Shown here piece after piece: positions 12,701 to 25,460 of a DNA stretch of 64,000 bases. Position 1 is the stretch's first letter. Each line of letters starts with the position of its first letter. Source of the stretch: Pristiophorus japonicus (lineage: Eukaryota); NCBI RefSeq assembly GCF_044704955.1, contig NC_091985.1, positions 63,426,001 through 63,490,000 on the forward strand. Reading direction: 5' to 3'. The position numbers and the translations under genes were made by a program. The notes under the pieces are model-generated. The model was not told where the DNA came from and made no database searches. It was given only the letters and a program-made list of their open reading frames with translations.

Positions 12701-12786
12701 GGTCGTTAAGGCTACGCGAAGTGTCCAGGACTTCCCACATGGCACAGGATGTGTACTCCACGGGACTGAGCTGCTCTGCCATACCT
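9777..12786 (-). mobile_element. CR1 LINE of a second family, with ORF1, endonuclease and 3' tail but RT deleted
   Basis: ORF1 zinc finger/zipper CAMWEV..HVCRKCLQL..LELRISELE; SGNH esterase VHIGTND...HLNRAG; endonuclease GGVAVL, YYRPP, GDFNYP; junction DRLSNYR|RLMGDLIEV; TTCTATGA-type tail. Confidence 0.88.
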
Positions 12787-14999
12787 TTAGTTAATAGATT
12801 GGGAAAGCAAGTTGTGAAGAGGAATCAAAGAATCTGCAATGGGATATAGGTAACTTAAGTGAGTGGGCAAAAATGTGGTTGATGGGAGTATAATGTGGGA
12901 AAATGTGAGGTTACCTACTTTGGTAGGAAGAATAAAAAAGCAAATTATTATTTCAATAGAGACTCCAAAATGCTGCTGTATAGAGGGATTTGGTGGTCCT
13001 TGTACATGAAACACAAAAAGCTAGCTTGCAGATTCAGCAAGTAAATAGGAAGCCAAATAGAATGTTGGCCTTTATTGCAAGGGGGATGGAGTATAAAAGT
13101 AGGGAAGTCTTATATACAACTGTACAGGGTGTTGGTGAGACCACACCTAGAGAACTGCGAACAGTTTTGGTCTTATTTAAGGAGAGATATAATTGCAGTG
13201 GAGGCAGTTCAGAGCAGGTTCACTCGGTTGATTCCGGAGATGAAGGGGTTGTCTTAAGAAGAAAGTTTGAGCAGGTTGAGCCTATATTCAGTGGAGTTTA
13301 GAGGAATCTTTTTGAAACATATAAGATTTTAAGGGGGCTGGGCAGGGTAGATGCAGACAGGATGTTTCCCCTCGTGGGGAATCTAGAACAAGGGGGCATA
13401 GTTTCAGAATAATGGGTCACCCATTTAAAAACGGTGTTGAGGAGGAATTTCTTCTCTTAGAGGGTCGTGAATCTTTAGAAATCTCTACCCCAGAGAGCTG
13501 TTAAGGCTGGATCATTGAATATACTTAAGGTAGAGATAGACAGATTTTTGAATGATAGGGGAGTCAACGATTATGTGGAGTGGGCAAGAAAGTGGAGTTG
13601 AGGCCAAGATCAGATCAGCCATGATCTTATTGAATGGCGGAACAGGCTCAAGGGGCCAAATGGCCTACTCCTGCTCCTATTTATGTTCTTAACGTATGGC
13701 AACTGTTCATATATTTTTCAAACGCACAGGAGCAGCTTGAGTTCTCCTTCAGATGCTAAGCCCAAGATCACGACCTCACTTGGCTTGATTACAAAAGACT
13801 GAGACCAGTACATAGTCATCTGAGAGTGTGCCAAACACCTTGCAAAATTTGAGGACAACTATGGAGAAGTCCATTAGCCACATCTGTGAATGTGACAACC
13901 TATGCGAACTGTAAAACACTGGGGAGTGTGTGGCCAGTGCACGGCCATCTGTACTGGAGCCCCCTGCGACAGAGGTCCTACGTTCAGTTCCCTATTGAAC
14001 GCTCTGACTAGGGCTGCAGAAACCTTTGTTTGATACAAGATGGCTCCTGGGCTCGCAGCTCCTTACTGAGCTCTTCTCCTCTCCAACTGTATCCTTGGTC
14101 ATCATTGCTATCCTTTGCCCCATCTTCCCCCAAACTTCTTTCTTACATTGCTTAAGATACCTTGGCTCTGATAGTGGAAGCATTTTAGCCCAAACAAGTT
14201 CAAACTACAAGTTTAAAGCTAACTGTGCAGAGCCCACTGTCCAGTCCCGACCCTGCTTGGTCTTTCTTTTCACTGAGCTCTTTTCAACTGCTGGAACTCT
14301 GCTGAAATTTGACGCCCGGGTCACCTGGATTTCTCCATCATCAGGACTATGCTGCTCTACTGATTACACAGTTAGACTCAGCTGCTGTGACTGCTCCTCA
14401 GTCGCTTCAAGTTTTAAGCTGCTGAATTATTTTCTCAAATTGGATTCCGAACTCCTGGACTTCTCTAGAGATCTAGACTGCGTCTCTGCTTTAGACTACA
14501 CTGGATTACAATGTAAGGTTCACCTGCTGTGTTCCTGATTCTGCTGCTAAAAGATTTTTTTAATAACTTTTAAACTGCTTCTGTCTATCTGCTGAGCTGG
14601 TTCCACTGGCTTTTCAGCTTGGTTGGCTTCTGGCTAGCAGCTGCTATTCACTGCTGTCTGGTGACTCATTTTACTGATTTTTCAGCTTTGCTGGGTGCTG
14701 GCTTGTAGTTTTACATTTTCTCCGCCGCTTTTAATCTACGGTGACCTCCATCTTGCGTCAATTTCGCCATCATCTTTCTGCACCGCTACCGATTCTCATT
14801 CCTATGGCAATAACCGCCATCCTCCAATTCTCTGCCCTTCACATAGCTTCTGGACTTCACTCACCTACCACACTTGTCTCTGAATTTGGACAGCAGTTCA
14901 TCGATGCTCCATGTCGATTCCATTCTACCTATGTCAACTTTATCCCTCCATGGGTCTTCTGACATTAACTCTGATCTCCCTACTATAGTCTCCAACCTA

Positions 15000-17487
15000 T
15001 TCCCTGCTACAGCCAGTGAATACGTATCCCATTAATTATTACATAACCAGGCCTATGTAACCTGCGCTTTTCTCATTGTCCATTCACATGCGAACTTTGG
15101 CTGCCACTCCGGACACAAACAGTTCACTTCTATTTCCACTTTTTTCTTCCTCACCTTTTCTTTTCTCTCTATCCCTCCCTGACTACTCTCTCCTGTCGTC
15201 ATGCCTCCTTTCATTTCTCCTCTTGCGGATACTCGGCCCTCCCAAATCCCTACCCCAATTCTTCATTACTCTTCGACCTTCCTACTCTCCTCCCGCCAAT
15301 TCCAGGCTCGACTCTCTCTTAGATAAGCCTACAGCTTCCCTCTGTGCCTCTCTTGGCATCCTCCAAAAGACCCACTGTGGCACTCGTCGCTGCCTCCTCA
15401 CAAACAGCAACCCCAATTGTTCCATCCTACTCTCTTGCCGACCTTCCCGTCCAGCGCACCCGTTGGGGGCTAACTTGCCAATGTCCTCCATGTCCAACAC
15501 ACCCCTCTCAGCATTGGCCCTGTGGACGCTGGCAGTGGGTCAGCCATCACCGATCCCCTCCACATCTCCCTCCAGAATGTCCGTTCACTTGCGAGCAAGG
15601 CCCTCGCCATCCATGAGCTTATTGTGGATGATTGCACTGACATCATGGCTCTGATGGAAACTTAGCTGAGCGGTGATGACACCTTACCTTTAAATGAAGC
15701 CTCGCTGCCTGGCTATACCACTACCCCGCTCAGTCCGGCGTGGTGGCGGTGTGGCTCTCATTATCAAATCATATCTTGGTCTGTCCCCCTAATCCTCTGG
15801 CACTTCCTCCTCCTTTGAACATCTCACCTTATTCCACCCCTCTAACCCCTGATTTAAAAATTCTCGTTCTCTACTGCCCACCCAAATACCCTAATATTTT
15901 TACTATTGAGATATCTTCACTGCTTTCCTCCCTTAGCCTCGGCACCAAAAGAATTCTCATCCTTGGTGATTTCAACCTCCATCTCAATTTATCATGCTCT
16001 CTCTTCTGAGTTCACTAGCCTCCTATCCTCCCCTTAATCTCTTCTTCCATGTAAACTCTCCAACCCATACTCACGGTCACCTCCTCAACCTTGCCATCCA
16101 GCATGTCAATTGCAGATAAGGGCATCTCTGACCACTTCCTCGTATTGCTCTCCATCCACATCCGCCTTTCCCCCATCCCCAACCCTACTTCCTTCTGTAT
16201 CCACCCCAGGAAAAAACTCTCTCCCAACTCTCGGACAACTGCACTTACGAAATCCCAACTCTCCAGCCTTTGGCCCTCCTTCACCACAACCATTGATGCC
16301 CGACTCCCTATTAAAACAATTACCCTCTCTCACCCTGGCCATTCTCTCTGGTACAGCCCTCATCCTCACTCCCTTAAGTCCAAGGGACGCAGATATGGCG
16401 GACAACTGGTTTAGCCATTCACCGCGGGATCCAGTTGGACCACATAAAGCATTATCGGGTCCTGCTCCCGTCCACCAAAACTGCTCACTATTCCAGGATC
16501 ATTCTGGAATGCAAAGATAACCCCCGGTTACTATTCTCTACTGCTAACCGTCTTCTTAAACCCCTCTCCCTAGTCTCCACCTTCACCTCTGACAACAAGT
16601 GTGAGGGGTTCCTGGACTTCTTTGTCTCCAAGATTGACATTATTCATTCAGCTGTCTCCGGCACTTCCCTTTCTCCCCTAGCTCACTGGGCCAAACTTCT
16701 TCTGAGGTCGTCCCCTACCCTAGCCCTGAACTCGCATCTTTCTCCAGTTTCTTTCCTATTTCCCCTCATGACCTCTTCATGCTCATCTTGTCCATGAGAC
16801 CCACCTTCTGCTCCCTTGACCCTGCTGACCACCCAATTTCCTTTTCTGGCCCCCATGTTAGCTGACATTATTAACGGTTCTCTCTCAGGTACTGTCCCCT
16901 TCTCCCGCAAATCTGCCATCATCAACCCTTCACTCAAAAAAACAACCCTTGTCCCCTCTGTCCTTGAAAACTACCACTCCATCTCCCAATCTCCCTTTCC
17001 TCTCCAAAGGCCTTGAATGTGTTGTAGCCTCCTAAATCCGTGCCCATCTTTCCCGCAACTCCATGTTTGAATCCCTCCTGTCAGGTTTCCGCCCCTGCCA
17101 CAGTACCGAAACAGCTCTCATCAAAGTCACAAATGACTTTGTGACTGTGACAAAGGTAAACTATCCATCCTCGTTCTTCTTTACTTGTCTTCAGCCTTTG
17201 ACACGGTTGACCAGTCCATCTTCCTCCACGCCTCTCCACCGTTGTCCAGCTGGGTGGGACTGCACTCACCTGGTTCCATTCTTATCTATCTAAACGTAGC
17301 CAGAGAATCACCTGCAATGGCTTCTCTTCCCGCTTCCACATCGTTATCTTAGGTGTCCCCCCAAGGATCAATCTTTGGCCCTCTCCTATTTCTCAATTAC
17401 ATACTGCCCCTTTGGCGACATCATCCAAAAACACATCAGTTTCCACATGTATGCTGACAACACCCAGCTCTACCTCACCACCACTTG
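15000..17487 (+). mobile_element. L2 LINE, degenerate ORF2 with pyrimidine-rich 5' region, 3'-truncated
   Basis: LQNVRSL, LYCPP, ILGDFN, SDHF, SGFRPCHSTETALIKVTND, GVPQG, YADNTQLY. The 5' boundary is uncertain and may extend to about 14040. Confidence 0.85.
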
Positions 17488-19920
17488 GTATAGGGATAAG
17501 CAGATTAGAAGGTTAAATGCGTGACTCAAAGAGTGGTGTGGGAAGCAGGGGTTTCGCTTCATGGGGCACTGGCACCAGTACTGGGGAAAGAGAGAGCTGT
17601 TCCGTTGAGACGGTCTCCACTTAAACAGGCTGGAACCAGTGTCCTGGCGAATCGAATAACTAGGGCAGTAGACAGGGCCTTAAACGAATGAAGTGGGGGG
17701 GGGTGGAGGATTCAGAAAGGAGTAAATTTAAAAGCTGCAAGAGAAATGTCAAAGCTCTAGAGCAGAGCAGAGGTTTGTGTAAAAATAAGCAGAGTGGGTC
17801 AAGAAGGGACAGAGAGAGTAACATAGGTAATAGGGCATCAGTGACTAAGGTGGTATCAGGAAAAAAATAGAAAAAAATCAAAGCATTCACAACAAAACAG
17901 ATGAATTAATAGATCAAACCTATTAATTTCTATCTGCACTAACAGCCGTTACGGAGTCACGGTTGCAAAGTGACCATGGTTGAGATTTAAATATGCCAGG
18001 ATTTTTAACTTTTAGAAGAGATAGGCAAAATGGAACAGGATGAGTGGTAGCCCTGATAATAAAGGATGGGATAAAGACAGTGTAGAGAAAGGATCTGAGC
18101 TCAGAAAATAAGAAGTAGAATCAGTTTGAGTAGAGCTAAGAAACAGCAAGGGGCTGAAAACATTGGGTGGAGTTGTTTATAGGCCTCCAAACAGTAGTTG
18201 TAATGGTTGTAATGTAAGGCAGAGTATAAATCAGGAAAGTAGAGGCTCATGTAACAAGGGTAATACAGTAAGCATGGGGAACTTTAATCTACATAGACTG
18301 AAAAACCAAATTTGCAGTAATAGTGTGGAAGACGAGTTCATGGAATGTATACAAGATATTTTTCTAGATCAGTATGTTGAGGAACCAACAAGGGAACAAG
18401 CTATTTTAAGATATAGGGCCCAAGTTTCCACACGATAAAAAACGGGCGCCCCTCCAAGCTGGGCGCCCGTTTTTCGCGCCTAAAACGGCGCCAGAAAAAA
18501 AACGCGCGATTCTGGAGCGCCCTGCAGCTCCTTGTCTGTTTGGCGCGGCGCCCGGGGGGGGGCGGAGCCTACACTTGCGCCAATTTTGTAAGTGGGAGGG
18601 GGCGGGTACTATTTAAATTAGTTTTTTTCCTGCCGGCAACGCTGCGCGTGCACGTTGTAGCGTTCGCGCACGCGCAGTGTGAAGGAAACATTGGCACTCG
18701 GCCATTTTTGTAGTTCTTTGTAGCTGTTTAATTTTTGAACATTTTTTAATAAAAGCACATTGCCATCAGCACTGAGGCTTCCTGCTTACTGCCTGCTCCT
18801 CCCTCCCTCCCGTTCGCGGGAACGACGCCACATCGATGAGCTGACTGAAGCACTTTCACACAGGTTGGAAGATGGTTTATTTAATCTTTTCTTTGCTTAT
18901 AAATGTTTATTCAGGTTGTACTTATTTGTATAATATATGTAGAAGTATAAATAAGGATTTATTGTAGAATTTAATGACTTCCCTTCCCTCCCCCCCCCCC
19001 CCTACCTCGTTCTGGACGCCTAATTTGTAACCTGTGCCTGATTTTTTAATGTGTAGAACAGGTTTTTTCAGTTCTACAAAAATCTTCACTTGCTCCATTC
19101 TAAGTTAGTTTGGAGTACGTTTTCACTGTGGAAACTTTCAAATCAGTCGTCAGTGGCCGGACACGACCCCTTTTGAAAAAAAAATTCTGTTCCAAAGTGG
19201 AACTGTTCTACCTGACTAGAACTGCAGAAAAAAAAATGTGGAGAATTGCGATTTCTAAGATAGTCCATTCTCCACCAGTTGCTCCTAAAAATCAGGCGCA
19301 AATCATGTGGAAACTTGGGCCCATAGTGTTGTACAATGAGAAAGGGTTCATTAATAATCTTGTAGTAAAAGGCCTTGAGGAAAGAGTGACCATAATATGA
19401 CAGAATTTTATATTAAGTTTGAAAATGGTTTAGTTAAATCCAAAACTAGGATCTTAAATCGAAACAAAGCAAACTACATAGGTATGAGGGGAGAGTTGGC
19501 TAAGGTAGATTGCAAAACTACATTAAAAGATATGATGGTTGACAAGCAATAGCTAGCATTTAAAGAAATAATACATAATTTACAACAAATATCATTCCTT
19601 TGATGCACAAAAATCCCACAGGAAAAGTGGTCCAACTGCGGCTAACAAAAGAAGTTAAAGATAGTATTAGATCAAAGGAAGAGGCTTATAATGTTGCCAA
19701 AAAAGTAAGCCTGAGGAATGGGAAGGTTTTAGAATTCAGCAAAGGAGGACCAAGAAATTGATAAGGAAAGAGAAAAAAGAATATGAGAGTAAATTAACGA
19801 GAGACATAAAAACAGATTGTAAATGTTTCTATAGGTATGTAAATAGGAAGAGATTAGTGAAAGTAAACGTGAGGCCATTAGAGGCAGAAACAGGAGAAAT
19901 TGTAATGGGCAATAAAAAAA
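17488..19920 (+). mobile_element. CR1 LINE fragment (ORF1 esterase end, ORF2 endonuclease and tether)
   Basis: GFRFMGHWHQYWG, DGLHLN, VVYRPP, MGNFN, DQYVEEPTREQAIL, FYRYVNRKR. Confidence 0.85.
18416..19322. mobile_element. Harbinger-type MITE, copy 2 (inverted relative to copy 1, no minisatellite)
   Basis: TIRs GGGCCCAAGTTTCCACA at both ends; TSD ATA. Internal sequence closely matches 6537-7834. Confidence 0.92.
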
Positions 19921-20868
19921 CGATACGTCTATTTGTACTAACTGAAATGCAGCCGTTTCTCTGATTGGTCCCCTTGGAGGATAAGCCACAACCTGAAGTT
20001 CCTCTGGAATGTGTAACTGGAACCGCCCAGCCCAAGTTCGGAATGAATTTCCAATTTATAATTCGATCCATTTTGACTTCAGAAGCCAGAGGATAGATCT
20101 CCCCAAAAGCCACCAAGTTCCAGCCGAAGTCCATTACCCCAGCGTAAGTGCATCCCTCTCCCAGCTGAAGACCCTTAACCCAGCACGTGTGCTGCCTCCC
20201 ACAGTCGAAGTCCATTTACCCCAGCATAAGTGCATCCCTCCGCCAGCTGAAGACCCTTACCCCAGCACTTGTGCTGTCTCCCACAGCTGAAGTCCATTTA
20301 CCCCAGCGTGTGTATCCCTCCCCTAGCCGAAGTCCATTACCCCAGCGTAAGTGCATCCCTCTCCCAGCTGAAGACCCTTACCCCAGCACGTGTGCTGCCT
20401 CCCACAGTCTAAGTCCATTTACCCCAGCGTGTGTATCCCTCCCCCAGCTGAAGTTCACTACCCCAGCCTAAGTGCATCCCTGCGCCAGCAATCTCTCTGC
20501 CAACTGAAGACCCTTATCCAAGCGCAAGACCTAACACCCCCCACACCCCCCGGCATAGATGGGCCATTGTGTGCGGACTGTTAACATGTTTATTGGGTAT
20601 GAACTGAATAGTGACAGTGCCGTGACTTCTGGATTTCACCCACCCCAACGATGTCCCTTGTAACACACGCACCGTGTTTGCATGCACCAGGGGGTAAGAA
20701 GAACATGATCCGTCTTTTCTAAGTTCCCTCTCTCCCCTCTGATCACCCCCCACCCCCCCTCCCAACCGCAACACCTGTGTGTGTGTCTCTCTCTCTCTCT
20801 CTTCCTTCCCCTCCACCCCGGGACGTTTTACTTCGTTAAAGGCACTAAATAAATACAAGTTGTTGTTT
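19921..20868 (+). repeat. Unclassified element with an internal tandem array (20110-20520, about 35-40 bp subunits) and an L2-type 3' tail
   Basis: Repeated CCAGCTGAAG(TCCATT/ACCCTT)ACCCCAGC. Ends GGGACGTTTTACTTCGTTAAAGGCACTAAATAAATACAAGTTGTTGTT, like the other L2 tails in this window. Confidence 0.65.
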
Positions 20869-22215
20869 CCAATATTTCTTGTCCAGCTTCAGTTGGCTGA
20901 GAGAGCTGTAACATTGCATATTTTTGGTCCCTAAGGAGTTAACCATCCAGTCTTACTGTCCCTTCAAATAATGGGGGCAATAATGATTGCTGCAAAATGA
21001 AGAAAACATGATTCTATCAGGGTAGCGACATGCACATGCGTAATTTGTGCCTTTGAATCAAAGACTAATTTAGTCATGTGAAACCTCGTTCTACTTTTGA
21101 CAGTGTGGGGTTGAACTAGGGGCCTATATAGCCACATTCATGCCATCAATAATGGCCTTCACATTGGGGAAATGAGCAACACAGAAGAATTGCAGTCCTC
21201 ACTCATGTTGCTGCTTGCTTTCATTCAGAAAAAGAATGAAAGAGTTAGTTTGGCAAACAAGGCATGTGTCAGCTGCTTGTTACATCGGAGCACTGCTGGT
21301 TGTGCAATTTGGCATATAATCCCATGCCGTTGCTGGAAAGGATCCAGCAACATCGAAGTTAAAGGCTGTGGTTATCTTGACAGCCACTGGCAGAGCCGTT
21401 CACATCATGGAACTTGTATGAAGGACACATGAGTTGCCAGGTAAGAGCGAATGCGGTAAGACCACCTCAGTGTTAACAGATCTCCCTCTTATGTCTCCTC
21501 AGATCCTCTTCTTCCTCCTCTATAACCAGTAAATAGACAGGTATACCCAGTAGGATGTCCATCTTAAGAACTGTGGTTGTTGAAACTTAAATTGCAGCTG
21601 CCACCAAGCCAGCACAAACAGAAAATAGGGAGCTGCTGAAAAATCAAAAAATGCAAAAACTAGGCTACTACTGAAACCTGCAAGGAATGGGACAAAAAGT
21701 AATGCAAAAAAACTGAATGAACACCGAGTACTGCAGCAAAATAAAGTTCCTCTCTCCTTTAGAATGCAATATTCAAAATGGCTGAATTGGCTTCCAAAGC
21801 AGTACTTGTTTTAAATATGCGCTGAAGTCCTAGTTTTGAACAAGTGAAAAGATACCAACAGGTAATTTAGATTAATTAATATAAATGTCAACAGTTGACT
21901 GAGGGGATTAGACCAAAAGCATAATTGCCTTCTGTCATGTATCCTACATTATTATATATAACTGTATCATAACATGCTATACATGATTGTAATAAGATAT
22001 GACCTGTAACCACCAGCATACCTTACCACCAGGGGTGCATTTGCAAGAGGCAGGTATATAAGGACAGGTCTCAGGCAAGTGCAGCATTCCAGAGCTGTGA
22101 AATAAAGGTGCAGGTCCAGAGTGACCTTGACTTCACTACATGCCTCGTGTGAATCTGTACTGAGGGGACAGGACTTTACAGTGGCGATGAGTTACGGGAT
22201 TACAGAATCCACAGA

Positions 22216-22755
22216 ATGGCGAACAACGGATCAGATGAAAAGTACAATGCGGGAGACAATTGGGAGGACTTTATAGAAAGGCTCCAGCAAAGCTTTGTAA
22301 CCAAAGACTGGTTAGGCGACGATAAGGCAGACAAGAGAAGAGCCCATCTCTTGACCAGCTATGGGTCGAAAACATACTCTTTAATGAAGGATCTGTTGGC
22401 ACCCGAGAAACCAGCAAGCAAGTCGTTTGAAGAATTGAGCACACTGGTAAGAGACCACCTGAAGCCAGCGAGCAGCCTACACATGGCCAGACACAGGTTC
22501 TACAACTACAGATGCTGTGTGGGCCAGAGCATACCCGACTTCGTGGCGGAACTTCGGAGGTTGGCTAGTTTATGTGAGTTCTCCAATGAACTGAGGAGAG
22601 AAATGCTGAGAGACTTTTTCATTGAAGGAATAGGCCACGCAGGCATATTCTGAAAGCTCATGGAGACCAAGAACATGACCTTAGAGGCAGCAGCACTGGT
22701 TGCACAAACATTCTTGGTAGGGGAAGAAGAAACGAGGTTGATTTACAATGCAGAA
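22216..22755 (+). pseudogene. Gypsy gag (truncated, in-frame stop at 22651)
   Basis: W..FIERL, ARHRFYN, Q...DFVAELRRLA..CEF, LRDFFIEGI. Confidence 0.85.
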
Positions 22756-24730
22756 CTTAAGCACGCTGCTGGAGCCTCTCCACGTGCTACTCAGGAAGGG
22801 GTGCGATTGGTTTTGGGGGGACGCCCAAGAACGCGCCTTCAATAAGGCACGCAACCTTCTGTGTTTCAACAGTGTTTTGACTTTCTTTGACCCAGGTAAA
22901 AAACTAGTTCTCACATGCGATGCGTAAGCATATGGGGTCGGGTGCGTTTTGCAAAATGTCAATAGTGCGGGCAAATTACAACCTATAGCTTATGCCTCCA
23001 GGTCACTTTCGCAGGCGGAGCGCGGGTACGGACTGGTAGAGAAGGAGGCATTCGCGTGCGTGTATGGTGTCAAAAAGATGCACCAATACCTTTTCGGGGC
23101 CAAGTTCACATTAGAATCCGACCACAAGCCCCTCACGTCCCTCCTATCCGAGAGCAAGGCAATAAACGGCAACGCCTCGGCGCGAATTCAACGGTGGGTA
23201 CTCATGCTGGCGTCCTACGACTATACCATAAGGCACAGACCAGGCACAGACAACTGTGCCGGCGCGCTCAGCAGGCTACCCCTGGTGACCACGGAAGGGT
23301 CTGACGAACAGGACTTTGAGATAGTTTTGGCAATCAATGCCTTTGAGTCCACAAGTTCGCCCATGACGGCTCGCCAAATCAGAGCCTGGACGGCCAGCGA
23401 CCCTACGTTATCCTAAGTAAAAAGATGTGTCCTAACCGGTGACTGGGCAGAGGATCGCGATGCCTGCCCCGAGGAATTAAAACCCTTTCATAGGCGCATA
23501 CATGAGCTATCACTACAAGCAGACTGCCTGATGTGGGGCAGCCGAGTAGTCATGTCTCTGCGAGGCAGAGAGGCATTTGTCCGGGAGCTTCACCGCGAGC
23601 ACCCGCGAATTGTTCTCATGAAGGCCTTAGCCAGATCCCACGTCTGGTGGCCTGGTATTGACGCGGACTTGGAGCTCTGCGTCCGAAGGTGCACCATTTG
23701 TGCCCAACTCAGCAATGCCCCCAGGGAGGCTCCACTGAGCCCCTGGCCCTGGCCTACCAAACCGTGGTCGCGGGTGCACGTAGACTATGTGGGCCCATTC
23801 ATGGGCAAAATGTTCCTCGTAGTTGTAGATGCATTTTCAAAGTGGATCGAATGCACCATTTTAAACTCGAGCACAACCTCCACCACTGTGGAGAGCCTCG
23901 CAACCATGTTTGCAACACACGGAATCCCTGACATATTGGTCAGTGACAATGGTCCGTGCTTCACCAGCGCAGAATTCCAAGACTTTATAATTGACCATGG
24001 CATAAATCACGTCAAAACGGCACCCTTCAAGCTGGCCTCCAACGGCCAGGCGGAGAGAGCAGTGCAAATCATTAAACAAGGCATGCTTAAAATCCAAAGT
24101 CCCACGCTGCAGGGTCGCCTGTCGCGACTGCTGCTGGCATACAGATCTCGTCCGCACTCACTGACTGGGATCCCCCCGCGCAACTGTTGATGAAAAGGAC
24201 TTTAAAAACAAGGCTCTCATTAATCCTCCCAGACATGCACGAAATCATTGAGCCAAAGCGCCGTAAGCTGACTGAGTACCATGACAGAAATTCGAGGGGG
24301 AGGTGGAATGAGATAGGAGACAAAGTCTTTGTACTAAACTATGGCAGGGGTTCCAAATGGCTTGCAGGGACAGTAACGGGCAAGGAAGGAAACAGGCTAC
24401 TGGTAGTACAAATGGGCAATGGCAAAACCTGCCGGAGGCATGTAGACCAAGTCAAAAGCAGATTTACCAACAACACTGCGGAACCAGAGGCAGACTACAA
24501 TGTGGAACTCGCACCACACCTGGTGGACAGACAGAGGGAACAACCTGAGGAATGAGCAATCCCAACAGACAGCCCAGGCGAGTCAACAACAATCACACCA
24601 ATCGAAACAGACAGCCCAGCCGAGATACCAGCAACCACACCCAAAGAAAAACAGACACCAAGGCAAACAACTGAACCACAACTCAGACGCTCCACGCGAG
24701 AGCGTAGACCACCTGAGAGACTGAACCTAT
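22756..24730 (+). pseudogene. Gypsy pol remnant: RNase H and integrase
   Basis: CDA*AYGVG, PIAYASRSL, EKEA, SDHKPL, RIQRW; HHCC zinc finger; VHVDY, VSDNGPCF, SNGQAERAV. Confidence 0.9.
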
Positions 24731-25460
24731 AAAGACAATAAGACCTTGGGGGAGGGTGATGTCATGTATCTTACATTATTATATATAACTGTATCCTAAC
24801 ATGCTATACATGACTGTAATAAGATATGACCTGTAACCACCAGCATACCTTACCACCAGGGGTGCACTTGCAAGAGACAGGTATATAAGGACAGGTCTCA
24901 GGCAAGTGCAGCATTCCAGAGCTGTGAAATAAAGGTGCAGGTCCAGAGTGACCTTGACTTCACTACATGCCTCGTGTGAATCTGTACTGAGGGGACAGGA
25001 CTTTACACCTTCTGCTCTTAAATAGCAATCTGACCACAGAATGATGCTCTGTGCATTTTAGGATAGAAAGAAACTCAAAGCTTGCTCACCCAAAAATACA
25101 CCCTCTGCCATGTGTTGCTACCAATGCACCTAATCTCAAATTCAGCCTTACAATATATACAACTATAACACAGTTTCTTTGTTTGCACTTCATAGCTTGT
25201 TTTCTTTTAAACTCTCATGTATTCAGTTACAGATAATAAAGCAAATATTAACTGTTGTACATTTGTTACTACAAGCTACAGAAGAATCTTGCAGTTGTAG
25301 TGAGCCATTAATGTAAGCAATGAGAACATATTGGACTTTGAAGAGGCTAGGAGTAAAACATTTCCAATTATTAAATTGCTAAAATTCTGTGTGTAGCTGC
25401 CTAGAAACATAGCTTAATACATCTGATATAAAAATGTTATTGAAATACTCAAATATTTAC

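Larger units (their letters stand above)
6193..13690 (+). mobile_element. 5'-truncated CR1 LINE hosting three nested insertions; host pieces about 6193-6536, 7835-8009, 9025-9776 and 12797-13690
   Basis: Collinear ORF2 pieces: VDWENSL...WL, FVSVF, PGPDG..HP, VPADWK..NV.PLFKKG..NYRPVSLTS, SQHGF, LYRVLVRPHLE. Ends in a TTATGTTCTT tail. Confidence 0.88.
21933..25007 (+). mobile_element. Ty3/Gypsy LTR retrotransposon with protease and RT deleted
   Basis: LTRs 21933-22180 and 24760-25007 (TG...CA, 248 bp, 5 mismatches); TSD CCTTC; PBS TGGCGATGAG; PPT GGGGGAGGG. Gag at 22216, RNase H at about 22900-23300, integrase from 23531. Confidence 0.96.

Noticed and set aside
14026-15654. 170-aa and 192-aa ORFs
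   Set aside because: Pyrimidine-rich, Leu/Ser-biased sequence upstream of L2 ORF2 with no recognisable domain.
20110-20520. CRISPR-like repeat array
   Set aside because: The intervening sequences are themselves repeated, not unique spacers. The context is eukaryotic and there are no cas genes.
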